Positions 30,111-42,896 are shown, counted from the first letter of the stretch. The stretch: 64,000 nucleotides of DNA from an uncultured Candidatus Rokubacteria bacterium (GCA_963758635.1 CAVWWD010000005.1:512001-576000), one strand, 5' to 3'. Numbers and translations are program-made. The notes: generated by a model from the sequence alone, not told the origin.

Positions 30111-30920
30111 TCAGTAGACGGAGCCCGGAAACGTGTTCACGGACAGGCGCCGGCCCGCCGCCTTGTACATCTTCACGCCGCCCCACGCCCCCTCGGCCAC
30201 GCCGTCGTGGAGGGCCCAGCTCCGTCCCCGCACCGTCTGCGCGGCGCTGGGCGCGCGGAACGCGGAGGCGTCGTCGAGCCGGTCGAGCAGCGCGCCGCCC
30301 GGCGAGAAGCCCGCCTGGATCTCATCCATGATCTCGCGTCCCATCAGGTACCCGCAGCCCTGACGCTCGTACAGGATGGCGGAGTGGTAGAAGAGCGGCT
30401 CGATCAGGTAGATCTCCCTGCCGATCAGCCGGCAGAACCGCTCCATGCTCTCGAGCACGCCGCCCAGCATCCGGAGTCCGCGGCGGATCTGGCCCGGCGC
30501 CAGCCCGTCCTTCATGGCGCGGAGCTCCTCGGGCACGTTGCGGGAGATCGTGCCGTACAGCGTGTCGAGGCCGTCCAGGTCGCGGTCGATGGCGTAGCGG
30601 GGACCGGCGGGGTCGGTGATCTGGACGAAGGCCAGCTCCGGCACGGCGAGCGGCGACATCTCCACGTCGATCAGGAGCAGCGGATCGCGGTCGTCGCGCG
30701 AGGCGCGCACCTCGACACGGCCCCACGACTTGTCCGCGGGCGACGTGATGCGCACCAGGCGCTCGCCCGCGGGGCCGGCGAGGGTCACGGGGTCGATGCC
30801 GAGCCGGTCGAGGAGCCCGCGGGGCACGAGCTGCAGATAGCAGGCCTGGACCAGCTCGGGAGCCAGCCCGTTGATGTCCTGGATGGACGCGAGGCCGAGG
30901 TCTTCCGGACGCCGCTCCAC
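30111..30920 (-). CDS. Conserved hypothetical protein, possibly GNAT-like
   Basis: 269 aa, GLAPGQIRRGLR, EPLFYHSAILYE, VRGRSWALHDG; in operon after mobA. Confidence 0.7.
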   Translation of the reverse strand: MERRPEDLGLASIQDINGLAPELVQACYLQLVPRGLLDRLGIDPVTLAGPAGERLVRITSPADKSWGRVEVRASRDDRDPLLLIDVEMSPLAVPELAFVQITDPAGPRYAIDRDLDGLDTLYGTISRNVPEELRAMKDGLAPGQIRRGLRMLGGVLESMERFCRLIGREIYLIEPLFYHSAILYERQGCGYLMGREIMDEIQAGFSPGGALLDRLDDASAFRAPSAAQTVRGRSWALHDGVAEGAWGGVKMYKAAGRRLSVNTFPGSVY

Positions 30921-30934
30921 GAATGAGCCCCGCT

Positions 30935-31534
30935 CTAGCCGCCCGTCTCGGCGAGGAGCGCGCGCGCGCGCACCAGCTCCTCCGGCGTGTTGACGTTCAT
31001 GAACACCACGTCGGGGCGGGCGAGCCGCGCCACCTCCGCGACGGGCACCGCGAGCACCCGCACGTCGTCGAAGAAGCCCGTGATCTTGAGCCGCCGCGCG
31101 CGCAGCCGGCGCTCGATGGGGTCGAGACACGACCGCGCGTAGCACGCGTGGAGCGTCTCCCACTGGCCGTCCACCAGCGGCGCCACCACGTCGGCCTCGC
31201 CGGCGCGTGAGGAGCACAGTCGCATCACGTCGGGGGAGAGGAACGGCATGTCGCACGCCACGGTGAGCACGGCGTCGCCGGCCGCGGCCTTGATCCCGGT
31301 GTAGATGCCCCCCAGGGAGCCGCAGTCCGGGAACACGTCGGGGACCATCGGCAAGCCGAGGAAGGCGTAGAGGTCCGGGGTGTTGGTCACGATCAGGATG
31401 TCGTCGGTGACCTGGTCCAGGGCCCGACGCACGCGCTCGATGATCCGCTCCCCGCCGAGCTCGAGCAGCGCCTTGGGCTCGCCGCCCATTCGCGTGCTCC
31501 GGCCGCCGGCCTGGATGACACCGGTGAGCTTCAT
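30935..31534 (-). CDS. mobA: Molybdenum cofactor guanylyltransferase
   Basis: AGGRSTRMG..KALL, GSLGGI, ACDMPF, FMNVNTPEE. Confidence 0.9.
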   Translation of the reverse strand: MKLTGVIQAGGRSTRMGGEPKALLELGGERIIERVRRALDQVTDDILIVTNTPDLYAFLGLPMVPDVFPDCGSLGGIYTGIKAAAGDAVLTVACDMPFLSPDVMRLCSSRAGEADVVAPLVDGQWETLHACYARSCLDPIERRLRARRLKITGFFDDVRVLAVPVAEVARLARPDVVFMNVNTPEELVRARALLAETGG

Positions 31535-31594
31535 GATCGGGCCGGAATGGCGCGGGTGGGCTTCATGACAGGGCCTGGATAGGGCGAGTGGGCT

Positions 31595-32236
31595 TCATGA
31601 CAGACGCACCGGGCCCTGGCGGAGGATCCGCGGCGGCCACACCGTGCAGTCCGCGACGGTGGAGCCCGTGCCCCCGCTGGTCGGGCCTCCGTCCAGCACG
31701 AGGTCGATCCGCCCGTCGAAATAGCCGCGGACCGCCGCCGCCGTCTCGGCCGGCGCCTCGCCGCTCGGGTTCGCGCTGGGCGCGGTCACGGCCAGGCCCG
31801 CGGCGCGGACCAGGCCCAGCGCGACCGGATGCCCGGGCACGCGCACGCCGATGGTGCCGGTTCCGGCGGTGACCGCGGTGGGCACGCCGGCGGCGGCGGG
31901 GAGCACGAGGGTCAGCGGGCCCGGCCAGTGACGGCGCATCAGCTCGCGGGCGCCCTCGCCGATCTCGCCGCAGAGCGGGACCGCGTCCTCCGGCGAGCCC
32001 ACGAGCACCAGGAGCGGCTTGGACTCCGGCCGGCCCTTCACCTCGAAGACACGCGCCACCGCGTCGGGCGCCAGCGCCGCCGTCCCGAGGCCGTAGAAGC
32101 TCTCGGTGGGAAAGGCCACGAGCCCGCCGCCGCGGAGCACGGATGCGGCCTCGGCGAGCGCGCCCGGGTCCGGCCGTGCCGCGTCCACCACGAGCGTGCG
32201 CGTGGGGACGGCCGGGAACGCGCGCGCGCGGCTCAT
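31595..32236 (-). CDS. tsaC: L-threonylcarbamoyladenylate synthase (YrdC/Sua5)
   Basis: VAFPTESFYGL, KGRP..KPL, WPGPLT, APSANPSG, STVAD. Confidence 0.93.
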   Translation of the reverse strand: MSRARAFPAVPTRTLVVDAARPDPGALAEAASVLRGGGLVAFPTESFYGLGTAALAPDAVARVFEVKGRPESKPLLVLVGSPEDAVPLCGEIGEGARELMRRHWPGPLTLVLPAAAGVPTAVTAGTGTIGVRVPGHPVALGLVRAAGLAVTAPSANPSGEAPAETAAAVRGYFDGRIDLVLDGGPTSGGTGSTVADCTVWPPRILRQGPVRLS

Positions 32237-33510
32237 CCCGTGCGGGCGAGGGCGCGGGCCCCGATGTCACGGCGGTAGTGGACGCCCTCGAAGCGGACGC
32301 GGCGCGCCGCCGCATAGGCGCGCTCGACCGCGGTCGCGATGTCCGTCCCGAGCGCCTGGACGGCGAGGACGCGGCCGCCGGCGGTGACGAGGCGGCCGTC
32401 CTTGATGGCCGTGCCCGCGTGGAAGACGTTGGCGTCGGGAAGGCTCCCCTGCCCGTCCAGGCCCTCGATGGGGATGCCGGTCCGATAGGGGCCGGGATAG
32501 CCGCCCGAGGCGAGGACAACGCAAGCCGACGCGTCCGGGCTCCAGGCGAGCGTCGCGGGGAGCCGTTCCCCGTGCGCCACCGCGGCGAGCATGGGAAGGA
32601 GATCCTGGTCCAGGCGCGGCATGATGGCCTGGCACTCGGGGTCGCCGAAGCGGCAGTTGAACTCCACGACGCGCGGCCCCTTCGCACCGAGCATGAGGCC
32701 CACGAACAGGAAGCCCGCGTAGGGCGCGCCCTCCGCGGCCATCGCGGCCAGGACCGGCCGCACGATCTCCGCCATGATCCGCTCGGTGGTGTCGGGGTCG
32801 ACCACCGGCGCCGGCGAGTACGCCCCCATCCCGCCGGTGTTCGGGCCCTGGTCTCCGTCGAAGACGGTCTTGTGGTCCTGGGCGGTGGCGAGCGGGAGGA
32901 CCGATCGACCGTCGGCGATCACGAAGAAGGACGCCTCCTCCCCCTCCATGAACTCCTCGACGACGACCGCCGTTCCGGAGACCCCGAAGGCCCGCTCCTC
33001 GAGGCAGAGCGCGAGGGCCCGGTCGGCCTCCTCGATCGTCCGGCACACGATGGCGCCCTTCCCGGCCGCGAGACCGTCAGCCTTGACGACGAGGGGGGCG
33101 CCCAGCTCCCGACAGAACGCGCGAGCCGGCGCGGCCTCCGTGAACGTGCGGAAGCTCGCGGTCGGGATCCGGTGGCGGGCCATCAGGTCCTTGGCGAAGA
33201 CCTTGGAGGACTCGATGCGCGCGGCCGCCGCGCCGGGCCCGAACACCGCGCCGCCGGCGGCGCGGAGGCGATCGGCAAGCCCGAGGGCCAGCGGCACCTC
33301 CGGTCCCACCACGGTGAGGTCGATCCGCTCCTCGCGCGCGAGGCGGACGAGGTCGTCGAGCGCGTCGTCCCGCACGGGCACGCAGCGCGCGTGGCGCGCG
33401 ATGCCCGGATTGCCGGGGGCCGCGACGAGCTCGGTGAGCTCGGGACTCTGCGCGATCTTCCAGGCGAGCGCGTGCTCCCGGCCCCCGCCGCCCACCAGCA
33501 ACACCCTCAT
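32233..33510 (-). CDS. purD: Phosphoribosylamine-glycine ligase
   Basis: GGGGREHAL, KADGLAAGKG, GPNTGGMGAY, EFNCRFGDPE. Confidence 0.97.
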   Translation of the reverse strand: MRVLLVGGGGREHALAWKIAQSPELTELVAAPGNPGIARHARCVPVRDDALDDLVRLAREERIDLTVVGPEVPLALGLADRLRAAGGAVFGPGAAAARIESSKVFAKDLMARHRIPTASFRTFTEAAPARAFCRELGAPLVVKADGLAAGKGAIVCRTIEEADRALALCLEERAFGVSGTAVVVEEFMEGEEASFFVIADGRSVLPLATAQDHKTVFDGDQGPNTGGMGAYSPAPVVDPDTTERIMAEIVRPVLAAMAAEGAPYAGFLFVGLMLGAKGPRVVEFNCRFGDPECQAIMPRLDQDLLPMLAAVAHGERLPATLAWSPDASACVVLASGGYPGPYRTGIPIEGLDGQGSLPDANVFHAGTAIKDGRLVTAGGRVLAVQALGTDIATAVERAYAAARRVRFEGVHYRRDIGARALARTG

Positions 33511-34420
33511 CGCGGGCGTCTCCGCGGGGGTGGGGGCGGGCCCTCGCCTTCGGTCTCGGTGGCTTCCAGGTGCGAGCGGGCGATCTGGGCCCAGGGGCTC
33601 CCGAGGTCCAGCTCGAGGTACCGTCGCCAGTGGAGCGAGGCGCTGTCGTTGCGCCCGAGCTTGCCGAGGACGCCGGCCAGGTTGAAATGGGCGTCGGCGT
33701 AGTCGGGGTCGATCTCGAGGGCCCGGCGGTACCAGCCGACCGCGGCGGCAAGGTCGCCGAGGTCCTCGGAGAGCGATCCCAGGTTGAACGCGGCCTGCGG
33801 GCACGTCTGGTCGGCGTCGAGCCCGGCGCGGTAGCACGTTCGCGCCCGCTCGTAGTGGCCCATTCGGTGCTGGAGCAGGCCGAGGTTGTTCCACGCCGCC
33901 GCGTACCCGGGATCGATGGCCAGCACGCGCTCGTACGCCTCCACCGCCGACTCCCAGCGCTCGGGGTCGCCGTCCCACTCGGACGCGCGGGCAAACCACA
34001 CCTCGGCCGCGTCGCTGGGCGGGATCATCGGGCGCACGCGCCCCCACGCGAGGGACTCGCGGGCCTCGCGCTCGAGCTCGATGCCCGGGAAGTCCAGGAG
34101 GGCCTGGCCGGTGCGCACGTCGAAGCGCCGCCGGTCCTGCTCCACCACGATGCGCGCGCCGTCGACCGACAGGCGGAGCTCGGCGAGCGGGCTGTCCGAG
34201 CCGGGGGCGAGCCGGCGGGCGCCCTCGAGCGCCTCGCGGACGCGCCGCACGGTGGCGCCCTCGTGGAGGAGCTGCGCGGCCACCCGCGCGGCGACGAGGT
34301 CGCGGAAGCGATAGCCCGTCGCCTCGTCCCGGAGCAGGCCGATCCGCCGGAGCTGCGACGAGCGCTTCGGGGTCAGGCGGAGGAGCCGGGTCAGCTCCCT
34401 GAGCGAGAACACGCGCTCCA

Positions 34421-34421
<1 letters not shown>
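33507..34421 (-). CDS. MerR-like HTH plus TPR protein
   Basis: FSLRELTRLL..YRFRDLV N-terminus; TPRs AWNNLG, AAFNLG, DAHFNLA; overlaps purH and purD. Confidence 0.82.
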
Positions 34422-35996
<1,575 letters not shown>

Positions 35997-36027
35997 GGCT
36001 GCTCCTCGCGCGGGACCCGCCGGATCT

Positions 36028-36660
36028 TCATGGCTGCTCCTCGCCGGCGACCACGCGGCCTCCCTCGACGCGGAGGCGTCCCTCGGCGAAGAGCCGCACC
36101 GCCTCCGGGTAGATCCGATGCTCCTCGGCCAGGATGCGCGCGGCGAGGCTCTCCTCGGTGTCGCCGGCGGCGACGGGGACCGCGGCCTGGAGCGCGATCG
36201 GCCCGGTGTCCACGCCCTCGTCGACGAAGTGCACGGTGGCTCCCGAGACCTTCACGCCGTGCTGGAGCGCCTGGCGCTGGGCGGAGAGGCCCGGGAACGC
36301 CGGCAGGAGCGACGGGTGCACGTTGAGGAGCCGCCCCGCGAAGTGCGCCACGAACGTCGCGCCCAGGATGCGCATGAAGCCGGCGAGGCAGACGAGCCCG
36401 ACCTCGCGGGCGTCCAGCGCGGCGATCAGCGCCTTGTCGTAGGCCTCGCGGGTCGGGTGCTCGGCCGGCTCCAGCACGACGGTCTCGATCCGGTGCGCGC
36501 GGGCGATGTCGAGGGCCGCCGCCCCCCGCCGGTCCGAGACCAGCAGGGCGACGACGGCGGGGATCCGGCCGGCCTCGACCGCCTCCACGATGGCGCGGAA
36601 GTTGGAGCCGCGGCCGGACGCGAGCACGCCGATGCGGAGCGCGACCGCGGACCTAGGCAC
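36028..36660 (-). CDS. purN: Phosphoribosylglycinamide formyltransferase
   Basis: SGRGSN, LAGFMRIL, NVHPSLLP, GATVHFVDEGVDTG. Confidence 0.97.
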   Translation of the reverse strand: MPRSAVALRIGVLASGRGSNFRAIVEAVEAGRIPAVVALLVSDRRGAAALDIARAHRIETVVLEPAEHPTREAYDKALIAALDAREVGLVCLAGFMRILGATFVAHFAGRLLNVHPSLLPAFPGLSAQRQALQHGVKVSGATVHFVDEGVDTGPIALQAAVPVAAGDTEESLAARILAEEHRIYPEAVRLFAEGRLRVEGGRVVAGEEQP

Positions 36661-36732
36661 GCCAGGTCTCCCGGGTGGCGGGGTGGAGCGCCTCGAGGCG
36701 TCGATCGGGAGGCTTGGTGGTGGACGCCGTCC

Positions 36733-38166
36733 TCATGGATCGAACAGCCGGAGCTGCGACTGCTCCCCGGTGTCGAACCCCACCTTGTACTGGCCGCTGA
36801 AGCAGGCGTGGCAGAACTGGTTGGGATCGTTGCCTGTCGCCTTGAGCGTGCCCTCGAGCGAGAGGTATCCCAGCGTGTCCGCGCCCAGGTAGCGACGGAT
36901 CTCGCTCACGTCGTGGCTAGAGCCGATCAGCTCCTTGCGCGTGGGCGTGTCGATCCCGTAGTAGCAGGGCCACTGGATGGGCGGTGACGAGATGCGCACG
37001 TGCACCTCGGTGGCCCCGGAGGCGCGGATCATCTTGACGATCTTGCGGCTGGTCGTGCCCCGCACGATGGAGTCGTCGACCACGACCACCCGGCGCCCCG
37101 CGAGGACCTCGCGGTTCGGGTTGAGCTTCACCTTCACGCCGAAGTGCCGGATGCCGTGGCTGGGCTCGATGAAGGTGCGCCCGACGTAGTGGTTGCGCAC
37201 CAGCCCCGAGTCGTAGGGAATGCCCGACTCCTCGGAGTACCCGAGCGCGGCGCCGACCCCGGAGTCCGGCACGGCGATGACCAGGTCGGCCTCGACGGGG
37301 TGCTCGCGGGCGAGCTGATGGCCGAAGGCCTTGCGGACGGTGTGCACGTTCCGGCCCCACAGCACCGAGTCGGGCCGCGCGAAGTAGATGTACTCGAACA
37401 CGCACTGCAGGCGCTCCTGCGGGCGGAACGGCCGGTAGCTCGCGACCCCGGTGTCGTCGATGACGACCATCTCGCCCGGCTCCACGTCGCGGACGAACTC
37501 CGCCTCGAGGAGGTCCAGCGCGCACGTCTCGGAGGCGAGGATCCAGCCGTCGCCGAGCCGGCCGAGCGACAGCGGGCGGAAGCCCGACGGGTCGCGGAGG
37601 CCCACCATGCACGTGGGGGTGAGGAGCAGGAGGGTGTAGGCGCCCTTCACGTGGGCGAGCGCCCGCGGGAGCTGCTGGACGAGCGAGGGGCCCTCGGCCC
37701 GCGCGAGGAGGTGCAGGATCACCTCGGTGTCCGACGAGGACTGGAACACGGCGCCGTCGCGCTCGAGGTCCTGGCGGAGCTGCTCGGCGTTGATCAGGTT
37801 GCCGTTGTGCCCGATGGCCACGCTGCCATGACTGGTGTTGGCGCTGATCGGCTGGGCGTTGCGCAGGTTCGAGCTGCCCGCCGTGGAGTAGCGCACGTGG
37901 CCGATGGCGCGCGTGCCCGGCAGCCGCTTGAGCCGCTCGCGGCTGAACACGTCGGCCACCCAGCCCATGGCGCGCTCCACGTGGAAGGCCTGGCCGTCGG
38001 TGACCGCGATGCCCGCCGACTCCTGGCCGCGGTGCTGGAGCGCGTAGAGACCCAGGTACGTGACGTTGGCGGCCTCGGGATGGTTCCAGATCCCGAAGAT
38101 GCCGCACTCGTCATGGAACCTGTCGTCCCGCTCCGAGACGTCCTCGTCAGGCGACCAGTCGCTCAA
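36733..38166 (-). CDS. purF: Amidophosphoribosyltransferase
   Basis: Propeptide then [32 protein letters not shown]; start approximate. Confidence 0.97.
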   Translation of the reverse strand: MSDWSPDEDVSERDDRFHDECGIFGIWNHPEAANVTYLGLYALQHRGQESAGIAVTDGQAFHVERAMGWVADVFSRERLKRLPGTRAIGHVRYSTAGSSNLRNAQPISANTSHGSVAIGHNGNLINAEQLRQDLERDGAVFQSSSDTEVILHLLARAEGPSLVQQLPRALAHVKGAYTLLLLTPTCMVGLRDPSGFRPLSLGRLGDGWILASETCALDLLEAEFVRDVEPGEMVVIDDTGVASYRPFRPQERLQCVFEYIYFARPDSVLWGRNVHTVRKAFGHQLAREHPVEADLVIAVPDSGVGAALGYSEESGIPYDSGLVRNHYVGRTFIEPSHGIRHFGVKVKLNPNREVLAGRRVVVVDDSIVRGTTSRKIVKMIRASGATEVHVRISSPPIQWPCYYGIDTPTRKELIGSSHDVSEIRRYLGADTLGYLSLEGTLKATGNDPNQFCHACFSGQYKVGFDTGEQSQLRLFDP

Positions 38167-40396
38167 ATCCCGTCCTCCACTCGTGGCCGATCCGCTCGAC
38201 CCGCACGCTCACCACGCGCTCGCCGCCCCGTCGGATCACCAGCTCCTCGCCCCCCACCCGACCGAGCCACCGCCACGGCACCGCGAACTCTCCCATGAGC
38301 CGCTCGAAGTGGCGCTCGCCTTCGGGCGGTACCGACACCACCACCCGCGAGGGGCCCTCGCCGTAGAGCGCCAGCGCGATCGCCGCCGCGTCCACCGGCA
38401 GGTCCACCTCCGCGCCCACCGGCGCGGGCCCGCTGACGCAGCACTCCGCGAGCGTCACCGCGAGGCCACCCTCCGCGCAGTCGTGCGCGGAGCGCACCAG
38501 CCGCGCGCCGATGGCCGCGCGGCACGCCCCCTGGACTGCGCGCTCCACGGCCAGATCGAGCGGGGCGAGGCGGCCCGCCAGGGTCCGGTGGAGCGTCCAG
38601 AGGTACTCGGAGCCTCCGAGGCTCACCGCGTCGGGGCCCACGAGGGCCACCCGATCGCCCGGCTCCTTGAACCACTGGGTGGCCCGGAGGTCGGCGTCCT
38701 CGATGAGCCCGGCCATCCCGATCACCGGGGTGGGCAGGATGGCGCGGCCGAGGGTCTCATTGTAAAAGGACACGTTGCCGCCGACCACCGGGATCGACAG
38801 GGCCTGGCACGCCTCCGCGATGCCGTCGATCGCCTCGCTGAACTGCCAGAGGATCTCCGGCCGCTCGGGCGACCCGAAGTTCAGGCAGTCGGTGAGGCCG
38901 AGGGGTCGCGCGCCGGTGACGGCCAGGTTGCGCGCGGCCTCCGCCACCGCCATCGCCGCCCCCGCCCGGGGGTCCAGGGAGACGAAGCGGGCGTTGCAGT
39001 CGGTGGTGAGCGCCACCGCCTTCGTGGTGCCCTTGATGCGGATCACGCCAGCGTCGGAGCCGGGCAGCACGAGGCTGTTGATGCCGACCTGCTGGTCGTA
39101 CTGCCGGTACACCCACTCCTTGGAGGCGATCCCCGGTGCGCCGACCAGGGCGAGGAGCGCGGCCTCGGGGTCGGGCCCCGGGGGCAGCGAGAGCGGGTCG
39201 AAGGCGAGCAGGTCGTCCTGGCCGGCCGGGCGCGCGCGGGGCTTGTCGTACACGGGCGCCTCGTCGGCGAGCGCGCGCACCGGCACCTCGGCGACGACCT
39301 CGCCGCGCATCCGCACCTTCAGGACTCCGTCGCCGGTGACCGTGCCGATCTCGACGGCGTCGAGGTCCCACTTCGCGAACACGGCGCGGATCTCGCCCTC
39401 CCGGCCCCGTGCCGCCACCAGGAGCATCCGCTCCTGGGACTCGGAGAGCATGATCTCGTACGGCGTCATGCCGGTCTCGCGCTGGGGCACGCGGGAGAGC
39501 TCGACCTCCATGCCCGTGCCCGCCCGGGCCGGCATCTCGGAGCACGCGCAGGCCAGGCCCGCGGCGCCCATGTCCTGGATGCCGACGACGGCGCCGCTGC
39601 CCATGGCCTCGAGGCACGCCTCGAGCAGGAGCTTCTCCGTGAAGGGGTCCCCCACCTGGACGGTGGGCCGCCGCGCCTCCGCGCCCTCGTCGAAGCCGGC
39701 CGAGGCCATGGCCGCGCCGTGGATGCCGTCACGGCCGGTCTTGGCCCCCACGTAGAACACCGGGTTGCCGACGCCGTCGGCGCGGGCCCGGTAGATGGCC
39801 GTGTGCGGAACGAGCCCGACGGCCATGGCGTTGACGAGGGGATTGCCCGCGTACTCAGGGGCGACGTTCACCTCGCCACCCAGGTTGGGCACGCCGAAGC
39901 AGTTGCCGTACCAGCTGATGCCCGACACGACCCCGTCGATGATCCGGCGCGTGGCCGGCTCGGCTCGATCGCCGAAGCGCAGGGAGTCGAGGATCGCCAC
40001 CGGGCGCGCGCCCATCGTGAAGATGTCGCGGAGGATCCCGCCGACCCCCGTCGCCGCGCCCTGGAACGGCTCGATGAAGCTCGGGTGGTTGTGGCTCTCG
40101 ATCTTGAACGTCAGAGCGAGACCGTCACCGAGGTCGACGATGCCCGCGTTCTCCCCGGGTCCCTGGAGGACGTGGGGGGCCTGGGTGGGGAGCCGCCGGA
40201 GGAAGATCCGGGAGTGCTTGTACGCGCAGTGCTCGGACCAGAGGGCCGAGAAGAGGCCCAACTCGGTGAAGGTCGGCTCGCGATCGAGCCGCCGGATGAT
40301 GCGATCGTATTCTTCGGCCGTAAGGCCGTGAGCGAGAGCCAGATCCTGCGTGACCTTCGGCTCGCCCCTGCCACTCCGCCCCCTAACGTGACCCAC
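38147..40396 (-). CDS. purL: FGAM synthase large subunit
   Basis: [38 protein letters not shown]; start approximate. Confidence 0.97.
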   Translation of the reverse strand: MGHVRGRSGRGEPKVTQDLALAHGLTAEEYDRIIRRLDREPTFTELGLFSALWSEHCAYKHSRIFLRRLPTQAPHVLQGPGENAGIVDLGDGLALTFKIESHNHPSFIEPFQGAATGVGGILRDIFTMGARPVAILDSLRFGDRAEPATRRIIDGVVSGISWYGNCFGVPNLGGEVNVAPEYAGNPLVNAMAVGLVPHTAIYRARADGVGNPVFYVGAKTGRDGIHGAAMASAGFDEGAEARRPTVQVGDPFTEKLLLEACLEAMGSGAVVGIQDMGAAGLACACSEMPARAGTGMEVELSRVPQRETGMTPYEIMLSESQERMLLVAARGREGEIRAVFAKWDLDAVEIGTVTGDGVLKVRMRGEVVAEVPVRALADEAPVYDKPRARPAGQDDLLAFDPLSLPPGPDPEAALLALVGAPGIASKEWVYRQYDQQVGINSLVLPGSDAGVIRIKGTTKAVALTTDCNARFVSLDPRAGAAMAVAEAARNLAVTGARPLGLTDCLNFGSPERPEILWQFSEAIDGIAEACQALSIPVVGGNVSFYNETLGRAILPTPVIGMAGLIEDADLRATQWFKEPGDRVALVGPDAVSLGGSEYLWTLHRTLAGRLAPLDLAVERAVQGACRAAIGARLVRSAHDCAEGGLAVTLAECCVSGPAPVGAEVDLPVDAAAIALALYGEGPSRVVVSVPPEGERHFERLMGEFAVPWRWLGRVGGEELVIRRGGERVVSVRVERIGHEWRTGFERLVA

Positions 40397-40512
40397 GCAT
40401 GAACAGGCTCACCGGACCCATGGTCTGCTCAGGGTCCACCGTCGTCCTGCACGAATGCCCCCGCCGCCGACCGACACCCGGAGGGGCCCATGCCCCACCG
40501 CCCCCCGCCGCT

Positions 40513-41226
40513 TCACCGCTTGAGGAACGTACCGTCCTCGACCAGGCTTCCCAGGAAGGCCTGGAAGATCAGGAGGCCGTCGGTGCCGCCCATCGCCGCC
40601 TCCGCCGCGCGCTCCGGATGGGGCATGAGGCCCAGCACCGTCCCCGCCTCGTTGACGATACCGGCGATGTTGTCGAGGGAGCCGTTCGGGTTCGCCTCCT
40701 TCGTGGCGCGGCCGTCCTCCGCGCAGTAGCGGAAGACGATCTGGCGCCTGTCGCGAAGGCTCTGGAGGGTGGCGTGGTCGGCGAAGAACTTCCCCTCACC
40801 GTGCGAGATGGGCATCTTCAGCACCTGGCCCGGCCGCATCCCGCGCGTGAAGGGGGTCTCGACGTTCTCCACGCGGAGGAACGTGGACTGGCACCGGTAC
40901 TGGAGGCACTCGTTGCGCATGAGGGTGCCGGGCAGGAGCTTGGACTCGCAGAGGATCTGGAATCCGTTGCAGGAGCCGAGGACGAGGCCGCCGCGATCGA
41001 GGAATTCCGGCAGCGCCTCCACCACCGGCGAGCGGCCCGCGATGGCCCCCGCGCGCAGGTAGTCGCCGTAGGAGAAGCCGCCGGGAAGGACGATGCAGTC
41101 GATGTCCGACAGATCCGACTCGCGATGCCAGACATACTTGACGGGCTGCCGCAGCACTTCAGAGATGACGTGGTGGAAATCGCAATCGCTCCACGTGCCC
41201 GGGAACACCACGACACCGAATCTCAT
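40513..41226 (-). CDS. purQ: FGAM synthase glutaminase subunit
   Basis: PGGFSYGDYLR, CNGFQIL, HGEG, MPHPER. Confidence 0.97.
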   Translation of the reverse strand: MRFGVVVFPGTWSDCDFHHVISEVLRQPVKYVWHRESDLSDIDCIVLPGGFSYGDYLRAGAIAGRSPVVEALPEFLDRGGLVLGSCNGFQILCESKLLPGTLMRNECLQYRCQSTFLRVENVETPFTRGMRPGQVLKMPISHGEGKFFADHATLQSLRDRRQIVFRYCAEDGRATKEANPNGSLDNIAGIVNEAGTVLGLMPHPERAAEAAMGGTDGLLIFQAFLGSLVEDGTFLKR

Positions 41227-41306
41227 GGAGTGGATCGAGCCCTCCTTTCGCTCACGGCTTCCTCACTCTACCTTCTCGCCCGATCCACCGCAAGAGCCGT
41301 GGCGCG

Positions 41307-41585
41307 TCAGGACGCTCGTCCTCGCGGAGTCGTCGCCGGCGAGAGGATCTCCACCGTGAAGTCCTCGGTCACCGGGTTGGCGAGGAGCCGGGCGCACATC
41401 TCCTCGACGCGGCGGCGCGCCGTCTCCGGGGTGTCGCCGTCCACCTCGACCTCCACCACCTTGCCGACGCGCACCTCGCGGATGCCGGGAAACCCGAGGC
41501 CGCCCAGCGCGCGCTGCACCGTCGCGCCCTGCACGTCGAGAATCCCCTCCTTGAGGCGCACGAGGACTCGCGCCTTGTGGGTCAT
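41307..41585 (-). CDS. purS: FGAM synthase PurS subunit
   Basis: LKEGILDVQG, VRVGK, LLANPVTE. Confidence 0.93.
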   Translation of the reverse strand: MTHKARVLVRLKEGILDVQGATVQRALGGLGFPGIREVRVGKVVEVEVDGDTPETARRRVEEMCARLLANPVTEDFTVEILSPATTPRGRAS

Positions 41586-41600
41586 CGCTCCCCCGGACCG

Positions 41601-42896
41601 TCAACCGAGTCCGACCCGCTTGTAGATGGCGTCGACGTTCCGCACGTACCAGGCGGCGTCGAAGCACTCGTCGAGCGCGGCGTCGCCCAGCCGGGCCCGC
41701 ACGTCGGGGTCGGCGGAGAGCAGGTCGCGAAAGGCCGTCCGCTCGCGCCACGCGCGCATGGCGTTCTTCTGGACCAGCTCGTACGCCTCCTGCCGCGGCA
41801 GGCCCGACTCCGTGAGCTTGAGGAGCACCCGCTGCGAGAACATGAGCCCGTAGCTCCGCTCCATGTTCTCGCGCATGCGCTCCGGGTACACGCGGAGGCC
41901 CTGCACGAGCCCGGTCATCCGGTGGAGCATGTAGTCGAGCAGGATGGTCGAGTCGGGCAGGATCACGCGCTCCACCGAGGAGTGGCTGATGTCGCGCTCG
42001 TGCCAGAGGGCCACGTTCTCCAGCGCGGCGAGCGCGTTGGTCCGCACCAGCCGGGCGAGGCCGCTCACGTTCTCCGCGCCGACCGGGTTGCGCTTGTGCG
42101 GCATCGCGCTCGAGCCCTTCTGGCCCTCCTCGAAGGGCTCCTCGGCCTCGAGGATCTCCGTGCGCTGGAGCGATCGGATCTCCACCGCCACCTTCTCGAG
42201 AGAGGCGGCGACGATGGCGAGGGTGGCGCACAGCTCGGCGTGGCGGTCCCGCTGCACGATCTGGCTCGAGACCGGCGCGGGCTCGAGGCCGAGGAGGTGG
42301 CACGCCTCCTCCTCCACGTCCGGATCGATGTGGGCGAAGGTGCCCACCGCGCCCGAGATCTTCCCCACCCGCACCGTCTCGCGCGCCCGGCGCAGCCGCT
42401 CCAGGTTCCGCCCCGCCTCCGCGTACCACAGCGCGGCCTTCAGGCCGAACGTCATGGGCTCGGCGTGGACGCCGTGGCTCCGCCCCACGCACAGGGTGTG
42501 CTTGTGGGCGACGGCGAGCGCGCGCAGCGCGTCGCGGAATCGCTCGAGGTCGCCGAGGAGGATCTCGCACGCCTTCTGGAGCGTGAGGGCGAGCGCGGTG
42601 TCCAGCACGTCCGAGGACGTCATGCCGATGTGCACGAAGCGCGAGTCGGCGCCGATGGACTCCTCGAGGTTCGTCAGGAACGCGATGACGTCGTGCCGGG
42701 TGGTACGCTCGATCTCGTCGATGCGGGCGGGATCCACGCGGGCCCGGGCCTTGATGCGGGCGAGGGCCTCGGCGGGGATGACGCCGCGGCGGGTGTAGAC
42801 CTCGCACACCGCGAGCTCGACGGCGAGCCATGCCTCGTACTTCGCCTCGGCGCCCCAGAGATGGGCCATCGCCGGCCGGCTGTACCGCTCGATCAT
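41601..42896 (-). CDS. purB: Adenylosuccinate lyase
   Basis: MIERYS, HDVIAF, GRSHGVHAEP, GSSAMPHKRNP. Confidence 0.97.
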   Translation of the reverse strand: MIERYSRPAMAHLWGAEAKYEAWLAVELAVCEVYTRRGVIPAEALARIKARARVDPARIDEIERTTRHDVIAFLTNLEESIGADSRFVHIGMTSSDVLDTALALTLQKACEILLGDLERFRDALRALAVAHKHTLCVGRSHGVHAEPMTFGLKAALWYAEAGRNLERLRRARETVRVGKISGAVGTFAHIDPDVEEEACHLLGLEPAPVSSQIVQRDRHAELCATLAIVAASLEKVAVEIRSLQRTEILEAEEPFEEGQKGSSAMPHKRNPVGAENVSGLARLVRTNALAALENVALWHERDISHSSVERVILPDSTILLDYMLHRMTGLVQGLRVYPERMRENMERSYGLMFSQRVLLKLTESGLPRQEAYELVQKNAMRAWRERTAFRDLLSADPDVRARLGDAALDECFDAAWYVRNVDAIYKRVGLG

